DNA from: Raillietiella orientalis | Taxonomy: Eukaryota | DNA: 64,000 bases | NCBI GenBank assembly: GCA_036172245.1 | Contig: JAYWIR010000055.1 | Coordinates: 806,001 to 870,000 of the forward strand | Direction: 5' to 3' | Shown here: in pieces, positions 48,601 through 61,740 of the stretch | How positions within the stretch are numbered: position 1 is the first letter of the stretch | Layout: every line of letters starts with the position of its first letter | Notes under the pieces: model-generated | What the model was told of the DNA's origin: nothing | What the model saw: the letters and a program-made list of their open reading frames with translations, nothing else | The model's database searches: none | Program-made: the position numbers and the translations under genes

Positions 48601-51600
48601 GACATCCATGGAGTTTCTCCTCAAGGAGGCTGATCCCTTTCAATGGGGTCGGTTCGAAGCTCGCTAGGGAGGAAGGGAGGGGGGAAGGAGGAGGAGACGC
48701 ATGAATCGATTGCCTGAGCGGAAGATGCGGGAGGGGAAGGGGGGATGGTTGTCAGGTCACGTCCTCAACGGATGTGGGAATCGAAGCAGCTCATCTACCG
48801 CCGGGGGAGGGGGGGATCGAACATTTTCCCTCCAGCAAGGACGTCTTCCAGGTGGGAACGTTCCCTCGCTTGCGCGCACCCTCCTTGCAGTCGCTGGCTC
48901 CCGAGAGGAGCGTGTAGGATCTGAGGAGCTCCGCGGTTGTCCTGTGGGAACATCACGGGGTGTTCCTCTGCCGCCCGTCCCAGAACGGCAGGGCGTTCTT
49001 TCGTGGATGCCTTTTCCTCCTCTTCCTCCTCGGAAAGAGTGCTTCTCGGAAAGAGCGGAAGAAGAGATGACCCATTCAAGGTTCGCGGGCCAGGCAGGGA
49101 ATGAACCGCGAGGGGTGCCAGAGAAGGAGAGGTTGGGGGCATGGGACGGTTCGCAGGGTCAGCCCTCCCGCTCCGGGGAGCGGAGCACCGTATGCAGGGT
49201 GATTCGTGCCAGAGCTCGGTAGAGACAGGAGAGAGGACGGGATTGCGGGAGACCGCAGTCCCCTCGAGAGACTGCGCTCTGTTGTCCGTCCGGCCGCTGC
49301 GAGCACGGGGTACCAGCGGCGCAGGAAGTCCAGGGCTCCTCGCCAGTAAGCCGTCCTGCCCCGCGCTGGGCTGCTGGTGCGCCATCGGGCGGAGCGCATC
49401 GTGGCGCTCCGTGGCGACACTGCGGAGACATCGCTCGCCGCGGCGCGGTTTCGCTACGGCCGGCAGGAAGCGGTCCTCAGGAGTGCGAAAGGGGCGGGAG
49501 GAGGTAGGGGGCGCCTTGTGGGAGTGCGAGGGAGGTGGCGACCGGCTCAGGAAGTCTCATCCGCCTCACCGGAGACAAGAGCCGCGTCGAACTAGCGAGG
49601 AGGGGAGGAGGAGGACGGCGCGCGGGGGTCCGCGGAGGCCTCCTTTCTTCCTCAGCGTCGCGGCCTCCACAGCCCCGCTGTTTATGGCGGAGACTCCGCC
49701 ATCTCCTCCTGTGCTCCCTCCTCTCTCCCGCCCCCCATCTGCTGCTCCCTCTCCTTGAACTCGCTCTCGCAGCAGGGTCGCCGCGAATCTGCGAGATTCC
49801 TCTTCCGCCAGGGGAGGCGACTCTTCCGCTGCTCTCAATGTGCATCCCGGTAGTGTCCAATGCTTGCGAGCACCCTCCAGTCTTCCTTGCCTGGTCTTCC
49901 TGGGAATTTCCGATTCCCTTCTCCCCGTTTTCCGCAGCCCCGCCAACGATCCCAGAGATTCGACGCGGAATCCTTTTGTTTGTCGCGAGCTCTCCTCCGG
50001 GACGGAGCAAGGAGCCTACCTCTCGTTTTTTTCTATCTTTCCTCCTCCTGCAGCGCCTCTCTTGGCGACTCCCTGCACGTGTGCTCAACTTTGGCCCTGG
50101 ACTGCCGGTCCCCAATGCCTCGAGCTGCTGCGCCACCGGCTCTCCATGCCGCCTCGAACCCTTCGGTGATGGTTGCGTGTTGGGAGGGGGGGGTGCGACC
50201 TGGCGATCTTCGCCACGCCTCGAACCCCTTCTGCACGAGTGACCAGAGTCCGTGATGCCGGAGGCATGAGGAACCGGCTAACCGTCCACCGGCTGCTCTG
50301 CCCAACGAGAGCATGGTGAGACCGACGGGCAAGGACAGTTCTTGTTTTGTTCCCCCAGTTTTCTTTCCCCTTTTCCTACCAAGATCATCCATTCACCTGG
50401 TTGCCACCTTCATTGAAAACTGCAGGCGCCCGTGGGGCATCTTTCCGTACGAGCCCTGACCGCCGAGAGCTGGCTCTCCCCCAGAGGATTCCGTGTGGCG
50501 CGTCGTCAGGCCCACGGGAGGATAGAGCTCTTCTCGCTCTTCCAGCCCCCAGCCGTCCGCCCCTTTGAACCTCCGCGCGCGCGCCCGCCTCTTCATCCCC
50601 CGGTGACTCCCTCAGAGGCGCCGCCACCCTGCCTCATACGGACAAAAGTTCCCTCGGAGACGTCGCCGGGTGGGACGCTGGACTTGGCAGCCTCGGGTGT
50701 GTGTTTCTGGCGCAGGTGGGGAGTCCCGTTACTATCTTTGCCCCTACCCCTCCCGCTACCTCCTCGTGTGGCCCGGAACGAAGCGCACGCGGAGGCGGTC
50801 CGCGTTCCTCGAAGACGCCCTCTAGCCGCGGTCAGCGGCAGCTCCAGTCTGCTCCTCGCACGTCGCGAAATAGGCCCGGGGTGGGCCTCTCGGCCGGCGA
50901 CCCCGGATGCCAGCTGCGCGCCCATGGGCACGCAGGTCGGCACACCGCGCACGAGCCGCCTCGCTCCCGACGAGTGATGTCACCTCGGGCGCTCGCGACT
51001 TTGCCGCTGCAGGAGGCTCCGGGCGGGCACCTCCCACGCGCCGGGACCTGCCAAGGGTCGGGAAATCGACGTTACGGACTCAACCGATGCAGATGCCCAC
51101 TCCCAGAAGTCCTCCCTTTCTTCCAAGACCTTTCCGGGAGGGGTGCCCGTCTGCGATCCGGAAGCGCCTGACCCCTCGTGTTCCTGCATGCTCTCGAAGG
51201 CGTGGCTTCCCGGCATTCCCTCAACGAGCGAGCCGCACCCTGCAAGTCCGCCGCCGGCGCCTCCGTGCCCCTCGACTGCCGGCCCTCTCCTCTTCTCCCT
51301 CGAGGGATGCATCCTCTCGAAGCGTCCAAGAGCTTCCTGAAAGGGGCGCGCGGGGTGGTCCCGACCGCGGTTCCTGACCGCGGTTTCTCGGCTGCTCATG
51401 CGGCACGTGCTCCGAGGGAGGGGGAGGGAAGAAGTGTGGAGAAGGAGAATGGGAGCGAACCAGGTCGAAAGGCGAGCCGCCGTGGAATTCCCTGCGCGGA
51501 ACTTCACCTTCGGAATCTCCGGGACGATTTCGAATTTCAGGTCCACGGTAAATCTTCCCTGCCTAGATGAAACTTCATACCTCCCCTGACTAATCTTTCA

Positions 51601-53089
51601 TTTAATTAAAAGAGGGATTCGATTCGGAGGCGCTTTCGAAATTTTTGGTGCGGCGGGGAAGAGGGCGCAGTGTCGCAGCAGACAGCGGCGAAGGCAGCGC
51701 CCACGAGCGGATCGGGCGCTGCCTCCACGAAGATCCCCAAGGAGAGACGAGAGAGGGGCAGAGACGCCGCTCCGGTGCATCCCTCTACTCAAGGAAACCC
51801 TCCATCTGGTTTGCCGCCTCGAGAAGAAGCCAGGGGTCGTCCCGGCGGCACGTTTCGACGCCTGCCGCTCCCGACATCCCAGGGAAACGAAGGAGACTCG
51901 GCGTCTAGTACTGCTCTCCCGCGCATCCCGATCTGCGACTTTCCTCCAAGCATGCTGCTGGAAAGACCAGGGGCCGCGGGGAGGAAGGAATGCTTAGGAG
52001 AAGCGGGCCTCCCGCTCATTCCCTCCCCGGGGGGGGGGGAGTGTTTCATTGCTCGCGCCTTCGGAGAGGACGCAACTGCGACCTGGCAAAGTCAGTCGAA
52101 GGCGTTCCTCGGAGACCGTTGGGGGAGAACTGGCTGCTCTCGTTCAGTCAGTGCCAGACTCGAGTTCCCGGATCGACGTGCTCGGTTCTCCAGAAAGAGC
52201 CGCGAGCCGGAGACTCGAAAGCTCGCTCCGGGACTTCCAGGAATTCGGGACCACGGGCGAGACGGGTCGTTTGCTCCGGAAATTCCTTCGTGTCGAGCGG
52301 GTCACCTGAGGAACTAGGCGGAGTGCTCCGGCATCCACCAACATTCTCGCCATGCACGCTGCATGCATCGCCAGCAGCTCCAGTCAGACACCCAGGAAGA
52401 AAGCGATGCAATCCAGCAACAGTTGCGGGAAGACTTCCCGTTCCTCTCACCTGGAGCGGTCTGAGGCTTCATTCCTCCCTCGCGCGTTGCATGGGATTGC
52501 CCAGTGCAACAACCGCCATGACGAAGTCCTTCCACTTCAGGGGAAGCGTGGAGCTGTCCACAGACACGGGGAATTTCTACCTCTTCGAAAGGAACGTCCA
52601 GGAGCTCCTCCCAGCGAAGAATTCCTTTGCGGATGGCGGTGGGGCTGGAAGAGTCAGCCAGTTGACGCTGTCCAGCATCCCATCTGCTCCTTCCCCTGCT
52701 GGATACGTCACATCTTGCAAGGCCATTGGCACGTCCACCCTGTCGCGTTGCGTTCAGAGTGACTCCAAGTGTCCAGACGTGGTCCCTCTTGGGCAATCCA
52801 CGATTTCCTGCAACGGGCAGCGGGGGTAGTTCCAGAGTCGCAGACACCGCGATGGCTCCGGGCTCGTGCCGTTTGTTTCCGCCCACGACTGAACCGTTTC
52901 CTGTTTCCAATCAACTGCGGTTGCCGTCGCGGCCGAAAGTCCACCTGTTCACCTGGACCAAGGCGACTATTTGCCGGAGTTGGTGTCCTACATCGGGGCA
53001 ACCCTGGGGGGCCATGCACGAGGGAAGTATCGAGTCCCTCGGATCCGGCTGCTCGCTTGGCCAGGAGTCCGTCTGGAACACGCCAATGG

Positions 53090-53902
53090 GTGGTCCATAA
53101 CTTCGCCTCAAGGGCTAATCTTGGAGCTGAGGCTCCATCCTCTCCAGCATCAGGACTCCAAGTCTGGCGTTTCCATGCGGCGCGCACGGAAAGTCCTTCA
53201 AGCGGACTCGAGTCCTCCGTGTTCCCCAGAAGGCTTTCGCAGGTTCTTGGTCCGCTTTTATCACATCTCCAGGTGAAGTTCTGCCTTCTCCAAAAAACAG
53301 GGGGTGGCCTTCCCCACTCCCGCTGGCAACGGCAGGGAGGTTTCTTGGTAGCTCTTCGCGGGCGGCGCGATGCAGCCTGTAGCTTCCCTCGCAGGTCCGT
53401 GCTGCTCTCGTGGGTTTGCGGCGACAGCGATAAGCCGCTCGAAAAGAGGCCAGTCGAATGATGAGGTCATCACACTCGTCTGCTCCTCCATGAGGTGGAG
53501 GCAGCAGGATGGCCACGTAGCTGTCAACAAAAGGGGGAGGAGGCCTTTGAAAAAAAAAAAAAAAAGGGGGAGGAGGAAGTTTTCAGAATCCTCCAGAGGA
53601 TGCCAAAGGGAGCGTCAGAAAGAAATCTGCAATCCCTTCCCTTCCCACACCCTCCCAAAACATTTTCATACTGAACTTTTGCGTGGTTTTTTTGTTTTTG
53701 TTTACCCCATCCCCCAGTTCACCTGTGAAGACCTCGTTGGGGGGGCTGCTCACGGGAAGCCGCGCCACCGAGGCGGCACTTCCCTTCGTAGTAATGCGGC
53801 GAAACCCCTACAAAAGAAGACATTTTTCACATTTTGTAAGAATGCTTTTTTTGCGTAAGGACTTTTTTGACAAGAAACGACCCGGCGGGACCAGTTGAAG
53901 AA
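53090..53902 (+). mobile_element. L1/Tx1-like family C-terminus + 3' UTR (more diverged)
   Basis: SLAGPCCSRGFAATAIS...NDEVI aligns with SIAAFCCLRGIVVAQS...DKGAI. UTR ccttcccacaccctccca.. then T-tract and terminal AAGAAACGA-CCCGG-CGGGA-CCAGTTGAA. Confidence 0.58.
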
Positions 53903-54207
53903 GGCTCAGCCAGAGGACAGGGAAGATGACCCCACGGACCAATCAAAGCGGTGCCAGGCCAAGATCTCCGGGTCAAGTCGCGCAGCAACCGCCACGAAGG
54001 TGTCCTTCGGCGAAAGAAAAGATCAGAAGACCGGAATGGCAACTTCCGATAAAGGAAAAAGGATTGGAGGATTCACTTCCCAGCTGATCGGAGACGAGGT
54101 CATTCCGGCAGGGACATCAGCGGGTTCGTGCGGTGCGCAGGCGATCCTCCGGCTGGATGAAGGCGATGCGGATTGAACGGGTCCCCACGTGGAGATCGGA
54201 CCTCGAC

Positions 54208-57200
54208 CCACGCGAGGGCGGAGGCCACCTCCGACCCCGCTCGCGGACCGACCCCTCCAAGGCAACGTCGCGAGGCGAGCGGGACAAAGGAAAGCCACGC
54301 CCGTCGCGTGTGCGGACGCTGAGGTGCCGCGCGTCAGCACGTCCTCTGTCTTCAGGCGAACGCGCCGGCCGGTCGAATGCGCGGCAGGCTCGGCAGCCGT
54401 TCGACCCCGACCCGCGCCGGTGACTCGCAGCGAATCGCTGGAGGCCAGGAAGACGGACTCCGCTCCAGGAAAGAAGGTCTATTCTCATGGGGGGGGGGGA
54501 GGGGAGGGACCCAGAGCTCCGTCTGCGAAGTAGCTCGAGCGAGCCAACGAGCGACCCCGGGGTCACAAGTCCCGGAAGCGGCGATGCAGCCCGACATCCT
54601 CCCCGATCGGCGGCAGGCAGACGGCCGGGGGAGCGGGTAGGGAGCTTCCCGGAATCGAGCGCCTCCCTGAGGCGTATGCTGTGGGACGTCGGTTGGGCGA
54701 CCGCCCGCAGCAGGGGAGAAGCGAGGTGGCGGCGGGCGGGGAAGAGGGTGGCTGCTGCCACCGCCGCCACCGCCGCGTCTCCACCGAAGGGAGTTGGCGT
54801 TTCCTGGAGGGACCGCCAGAGGCGCAGCGAGCGCACTGACTGCTGTGGAAACCTTCCTTCGACGTCTGCCCGCACCCCCACCTCTTCAGAGCGCCCGGGC
54901 CCGGATAACTGCGCGATTTGTTTCAGCACCATGTGATAACGCCCTTGCATGAGATGCACGGGTCGGAGAACTCCGTATTCTGCCAGATGGACCTTTCTCG
55001 AATGTTCCGCGAGCCGTGAATTGCCCGGAGCTGTGATTTCCCTGATGCCGCCCTTGAAGCTGCCTCAAGGGAAGAGTCCCTGGAAGCTGTCGAGGGTGTC
55101 GGTTTCCGATGTCCTCGTTGATGGCTGCGTGGCTGCGACCTCCACGAATGGCGTTAGGCGTCGCGGGTTCGCAGCCCGACCGGGGAAGGGACAATGCCGA
55201 GAATGGGGTGTGCGTCGTGGGTTTCGAGTCCTCCTGCAGGATGACGCTGAATGTCCAGCGTCAACCTGCAGGCTTTGGATGAGTGATGGAAACCGGATAC
55301 CTTCGTTGACTGAATGACACTCCCTCCGGGATCCTTCCAGGATATCCAAAAGCCCTTCGGGGTTCCCCTCCGGCTGGACATCTGGAGTGTTCCTTTGGGG
55401 TCATCTTCAGAGGAGGAAACAAGGAGCGGTTCCCTAGCGGGTTCCCTTTGGAGAAGAAATCGCAAGGGCGGATCCTTTTGGGATTCCCTTCGGGGAAGAA
55501 ATAATGGAGTGTCCCCCACCGGGATCCCTTTGGAGAAAATAAGGAAGAGGAGATTCTCTCCCGGGTTATCCCTACCGAACGCAAAAGGAACAGGTTTCTT
55601 CCTCCAGAGCCCTTCCTGGTTTCATAGGGTGATCCCCTCCCGGAGCAGCCCCTATTACTTGAAGAGCCGCACACATCCTCATTCAACGGCGTGGGCAGTG
55701 CCCAAGAGCTTCGTGAGCCGCTAGGCGAGCGGTTCTCGAGCACTTTGCGAACCAATGCTAAACGCAGGGCGAAGTGACCCACTGCTCTTGACGATTGGGG
55801 TCCTCCATGCGCTTCGGAAAGCGTTGCATGCCTTCGGCTCCAGAAGCTGAGGTTTCTGGGAGGCGACTCCTCCTCGGCATGTCCGTGGTTCGCCTCCATA
55901 TCTTCGGGAGAGTGCTGGCGGAGATGCCATGGAACGCGTGGGCGCCTCAGGCTGTCGGCCACCCAGCAGCAATAATGCAAGCGGTCACCGACAATCCTGT
56001 CAGAGGAATGCACGCCCGTCCACAGGAAGGGGGTGAGGAGGGGTCTGGGTCAGTGAGGACACGGGAGAGCCTGTAGTCGAACTGGCGGCTCTTCCCGAAC
56101 GTGCGCGGGACGCGGCAGAGGCAGACTCCTCCACGTTGCGGTCCCCCAGTGTGACTCCATCCCGAGCTCGTCCGTCCAGTTCGAGGAGTGCGACGTCTCC
56201 AGAGCGGAGAGACTCTTCCGGTCTCCAGCAAAGGTCCTGCCTCTTTATCGCTCTCGGCCGCTCTTGTTCCTTGGGAGATCAGCATCCCCCTCGATCCTCC
56301 GCTCCGAAACACGTCTCCGTGTTTACCTCCTTTCCGCTGATTAATGTCAGCTCCCTATTTGTAACAGCAGCTGGGAGCATCTTGCCTGAAGGTCACATTC
56401 AAATGAGTGCTTCTTCCCCGGAGCGGATGCGCTCGTGAGACCGAGCACAGCAAGTGGATAATGAAGATAAATCGCGGAAAATGATCTCATCCGCGGTGTT
56501 CGTGCAGCGGATGAAATGGCTCTTCAGGAAGATCTTCGAGCTCCCCTTCGGACTCCTCCTGCTTGGAGAAAAGTCAGACGGGAGGGAAGAGGAGGGAAGA
56601 CCCTTTCACCCACTGTTGGTGCATTGCAGGAGATCGCTCCCGAATCCCGTGCATTGGGGGTGACCATCCTTTCGGAGTCTGGAGTTTAAGGAAAGACTGC
56701 TGTCTTTCCTGCCTGAGCAGCTGAGATTCCGCAGGGTTGAACGGAGAGAGATGCGGAGGGTTTCAGAATCCACCAGCACTCTCTTGATGCACGGTGGATG
56801 CATCGATCGGGCCACAGGCCTTGGTGGTCGATCCCGTCGAAGACCGCAGACTTTTCCAGGGGGACCAGACAGAAAAGACAACCTTGTGGTGGAAGAGGTG
56901 GTGAGTGCGTCCTTCCCTTGATCTCCTTCCTCTTCGCCTGAGCCCACCCGTGGGCATCGAGTTCACGCGACCGAGGTGCCAGCAGTTTTCCTCGGCTCAC
57001 TCTGCCAACGTGCGCCCGAGCGTAGCAGCAGCTCCGAGCTACTGCTGTTCTGCTTGTAGCTGCGACTCCTTCCTGTCGCCCGTCAGAGAGAGCAGGCGCC
57101 CTCAGCAGCCATCTCCAGATTAGGGATGCTGGTTCTCATTCTGGTGGAAACCGAGGAAAAGATATGGTGGCGTCTGCCGCCATCCTGAGGGACATCCAGC

Positions 57201-60149
57201 ATCTGTTCGGAGGCAGACGGTAATCCCTGTCTCCAGGACGACAAGCTCGATGTCTCCTCTAGTTACGGCTTTACAACCAACGTCAAGGATCGCACACACT
57301 TCCTGTACCTTTTTTTCTTTCCTTCCTGCTTCCTTCTCCAGCACAGCTGTTGTGGTCGTATCTCTTTCTGCTCGTTCTTCAGTGGACAATGTGCCCTCCA
57401 CCTGGAATTCCACGCTTCAGGAATCAAAAGAGTGAGGGCAGCCGAAGAAAGTCCTATGGATGCCGACCACGAGACTGGTGGTGAATCATTTTGCTTGTCT
57501 CGTCTTTCTTTCCAGCGACTTGCCGCGTCTTTTCTGAGGTCTCTGCCATCTCCTGAGGCTCGACTTGCAGCTCCTGGAAAAGCGCAACACTGGCGCGCAT
57601 GAGGACCTCCCTCCCCTGCCTCATCTATTTGCGGCGTCAACAGGCGACAGCGTGTCTGCCTCCGCCTCCTCGACATGTGCTGCGGACGAAAAGCATCCAG
57701 AAGATCAAGGCAGGAACCCGTTGTTCCTGCTTCTCCCTCCTGCAGGCGACAACCGCCCGTGCTTCCATCCCCGCTCAGTCCATAAGTGGATCTCACCTCC
57801 ATCTTCCTTCCTCCCGAGAAAGTCCGTCGCCATTTTCCCTCTGTGAACTCCCTGATCCGTTCGATTTGAAATCTGCGGGCTGCGCCAGCATTTTCTCGCA
57901 CTCTCTGATCCTCCAGCGAGGAACCACTATCCATCGAGTCCTCGAACGATCCTGGTTGCAGCATGAGTGACGGTCTGAAGACTCTTCACGTTCCTTTCCA
58001 CCTTTCCCTGACCTCATCTGGACCCGACTTCTTGTTTCCCGGGTAACCAACCAACCCAGCAACGTTGCCGCGTCCTCAGGATGTGCCGCAAGAGAGCCGA
58101 AGCAGTGTTTCCTGTTCCAGAGCGGTGTGCTTCTCCTCCAGGATCCTTGCCTTTCCTCCCACCAGAGAGAACTCGCCTGAGAGAATGCCTAGCTGCTTCC
58201 GGACCTGCTGCGAATAAACCAGGTCGCAAACAGTGCAGTCCATTGGAAACTGCTCTGCTGTCACTCTGTGCCGTGCTCTTGACTGATTCGTCCCCTCCCT
58301 CCTCCTCTAACCTCAACCTTTCATGCCCTTTTGCTGCCTCCGGGTGGTTCCTTCCCGTCATCATTCACGCCAGACCTCTTCGCTAATTGATGGATGTCCA
58401 TCTTCCATGGAAACGCTGACGTCCCAATTATTTTCGGACGCGCTTCAGGCTCTCCTCCGATCTTCCGGAGGTGTTGGAGACGCGCAGTGGCAAGTCGAAT
58501 CGCAGGTCTGAATTTCGCCGGACGCTTCTCACTCGGCAGTTGACCATCTGGAGCACCTACCCCTCCTCTTTGGAGACATCCCGAGCGCGAAACCTCACGC
58601 GCGTTCCGCGACCTGTCAGCTCCCGCAGCATTCGCCTCTGAAATTCACGATCGGCTTGCCGAAATCTCGCGGAGCGCAAGCTCTCAGCACGCCGCCCCTC
58701 CTTCCGCGTCCGTTTGCTCAGGCTACCAAGGGACGCCTTTTCCTCTCCGCGGAAGGGTTGAGGGGGCGGAATGCGCTGCTTCACTCGCCGGCGGGATCAC
58801 CTCTGCCTCGCTAGCTGCGGCTCTCCTTCGCCCCCAGCTCCCCGCGGAGAGTCAGCGCAGGCCTCGGAGGGTCCTTCTGACGGGCTTCATCCTTGACCAC
58901 CTTCTTCCCTACACGTTGATCCAGTTCCCCGATTCCCCGGTCCGCCTCCAAATTGCTATTGGAAGGGAAAGGAAGGCCATCAGATGGGGAAGGACCCTCC
59001 CCATCGTGCGGGGGAACGCGAGACAATACCAGGAAAGGGTGGAGCCTCAAAATGACCTTCCGCCAGCCGGCGGACGCGCTCCTTGCCCTCCCTCAGACGT
59101 CAGCTCCCTTGACCTGAGAGGGCCCTTCCTCGCCGCAGCAGATATGGCCGAGACTGGCTGTGGCTTCTTCGGGGAGGCCGAACGGGAGAGGGTTGACAGG
59201 AAGGGAGTGATCCACAGAGGAAAGGATTCCTCCGCATTCGTGAGAAGGGTTGCATTCCGGCTCTGCGCTCACGCCACTCGCTCTCCTGCCGTCCATGGCA
59301 TACCAAACAGGAGGAATCGGCACCGTAGGGACGTTTCTCCGGGGCACCCGGAAGAAAAGAACTCCAGGTGCACATCAACCGTTTCATCGGGAGCTCTCCC
59401 CCTCAAAGTGTTGTGGACCGACGCGGACCTCAACCAGACATGGCGTTCGGCACGCCTGGTTCAATCCGAGAGACGCTGGATCTTTACGGGAGTGCTCGCT
59501 GTGCGCAGCGCGGCGTTCACGAAGGGTGCGGGCAGCGTCCAAGCCAAAACGCTCGCTGCGCCTCTGGCGGTCCCTCCAGGAAACGCAAACTCCCTTCGGT
59601 GGAGACGCGGCGCCTCTTCCCCGCCCGCCGCCACCTCGCTTCTCCCCTGCTGCGGGCGGTCGCCCAACCGACGTCCCACAGCATACGCCTCAGGGAGGCG
59701 CTCGATTCCGGGAAGCTCCCTACCCGCTCCCCCGGCCGTCTGCCTGCCGCCGATCGGGGAGGATGTCGGGCTGCATCGCCGCTTCCGGGACTTGTGACCC
59801 CGGGGTCGCTCGTTGGCTCGCTCGAGCTACTTCGCAGACGGAGCTCTGGGTCCCTCCCCTCCCCCCCCCCCCATGAGAATAGACCTTCTTTCCTGGAGCG
59901 GAGTCCGTCTTCCTGGCCTCCAGCGATCCGCTGCGAGTCACCGGCGCGGGTCGGGGTCGAATGGCTGCCGAGCCTGCCGCGCATTCGACCGGCACCTCAG
60001 CCTGAAGACAGAGGACGTGCTGACGCGCGGCACCTCAGCGTCTGCACACGCGACGGGCGTGGCTTTCCTTTGTCCCGCTCGCCTCGCGACGTTGCCTTGG
60101 AGGGGTCGGTCCGCGCGCGGGGTCGGAGGTGGCTTCCGCCCTCGCGTGG
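54208..60149. repeat. ~600-bp near-identical inverted repeat pair (54208-54833 / 59550-60149), spacer ~4.7 kb
   Basis: Reverse-complement match; both give LRAVAQPTSHSIRLREALDSGKLPTRSPGRLP...LELLRRRSSGSLPSPPP. Only scattered substitutions and a ~22-nt indel are visible. Confidence 0.95.
55330..59350 (-). mobile_element. Run of decayed LINE fragments (ORF1 zinc knuckle, endonuclease, RT), mostly minus strand
   Basis: HICCGEEG (~59130, gag knuckle-like), WINV*G (~58915, INVYG), EVCAIL (~57290) and GELEDL...HPL (~56540, KGDLxDLxNxRP) are weak motifs. Confidence 0.3.
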
Positions 60150-61589
60150 CTTTATCTATGAGTCGGCCGAACATGCTCCATCTTGGGGATCGGACTTGGA
60201 CCCATGTAAGGACGAAAGTCGGTTCTGTTTGACCATCCGTGTGGTCAGAGGACCCTGCGTTCATCCAGTGACCGCACTCAGAGCAACCACCGAAACGCGG
60301 GGGTCAGTTTCGGGAGAATGTGTCCCGGCTGGAGGTTTCCGCGCGTTCTTTGTAAAAGGCGTCCGATTCCGAGGTGCCGCATCACCCGTTCGGAGCTGCC
60401 GCGAGCCAGCGACTTCGCACTGGAACCCCTCCCCAGGCGCTGCCTTCCCTGCAGGTTTCCGCTGCTGATTCTGGAAGCCCGCCGGGGTTTCCAGCGAGCT
60501 CCTTCCGCGCTTGGGAGTCCGGCGGCGGCGATGCCGCGGGAGCAGCTGAGGACGGAGAATCTCCTCCACCTGCTTTCTCCCCTGGGGTCCCGGAGGCGCG
60601 CGCGAGGGAGAGAGAGGAAGAGGGAGGGTAGCAATATCCGTGACTTGGGAAGACCGAGGAGAGCTCCAGCTGGCCGGAGCGCCTGGGGGAGGAGGAGGTC
60701 CCTGGAATCGCCTGCTCCTCTTCCTCTTCTGTCTTTCCCTGTTCCCGCCCCAGCTGGCAGTGCAAAACGCGACAGCGGCTCCGCGTCGGAGCTTCCGGGA
60801 GGAAGTCCACTGGACCGAGGAGAGCTGCTGTCAGCGCCACTCGCATCTCATTGGAGATGGTGTCTGTGCACTCGCTCCGTGCGCGTGGGAGGGATGACCG
60901 ATTGTCCCGGGGCGCCTGTCCCCGTTTCGTCGGGAGGAGAGAGAAAGAAAAAGGGGCAGGGAGGGAAGAAGAAACCCAGAGTGGTCCGTTGTGCGACTGC
61001 TGCTTCCCCCGAGCTGGTTACTAGGGAGCGCATCCGCCAGCCAAGAGGAAGGTAGCTGATGGCGCGCGGATGCGTTACAAAGAGGCAGTCAAAGTCGCCT
61101 GGGAGATAAAAAAGCAAAACCAAAAAAAAAATCGGGTTTCCTCCAGATGCATCCAAAAGATAAGCGAGGATGAAATATCTGGACGATTTCACCAGGGAGA
61201 GGACGCGCTATGAGACGACCAGCCTTCCCCTCTCCTCCGGGCGCGGACTCGCAGATGCGCTTCCAGGAATGCTGCATTCGAGATGCACGCACCCTTACTC
61301 CTCCCCCTGGCGTCCGAAGGTGCGGGGAAAACCCTAGAGGGTTCAAGCAGAGCTCCTGGGGATTTCCGAAGAGCTCCGATGGCGCCTTGGAGCGCTGGAA
61401 ATTTCTGCTTTCCTTGCGCTTCGTGGATTCCCGTAGCGTTCCCTCAGGCACAGAGATTTTTCCATGAGGAAAAAAAATCCTCCTGCTCCCCTCCCCTTTA
61501 TCTGACTCTGGGGATGGGGACGGTGAATTTTCCTCCCGCCTCACTCCCGAGCGGTAATTTTTGCGCCTCCGCGGGACGAGGGTCATCCG

Positions 61590-61740
61590 AAGAGTGTCGC
61601 TCCCTTCCTGGGGCACGCGAGTGGCGACCAGGCGCGCCCCTTCGTCCCGTGCCCTCGGTTTCGCCGCACCCTGGGGGAAGGGAGGGCGCAGTAACCGGAG
61701 GAAACAAAGCGGCGACAGCGCGATCCTATGGACCTGGAGG
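61590..61740 (-). mobile_element. L1/Tx1-like family C-terminal fragment
   Basis: PLCFLR...KPRARDEGA aligns weakly with AFCCLRG...GPRDKGA. Confidence 0.35.

Noticed and set aside
60157..60222. CTATGAG...GACGAAA hammerhead-like fragments
   Set aside because: The core is broken and the stems do not close; better explained as diverged repeat sequence.
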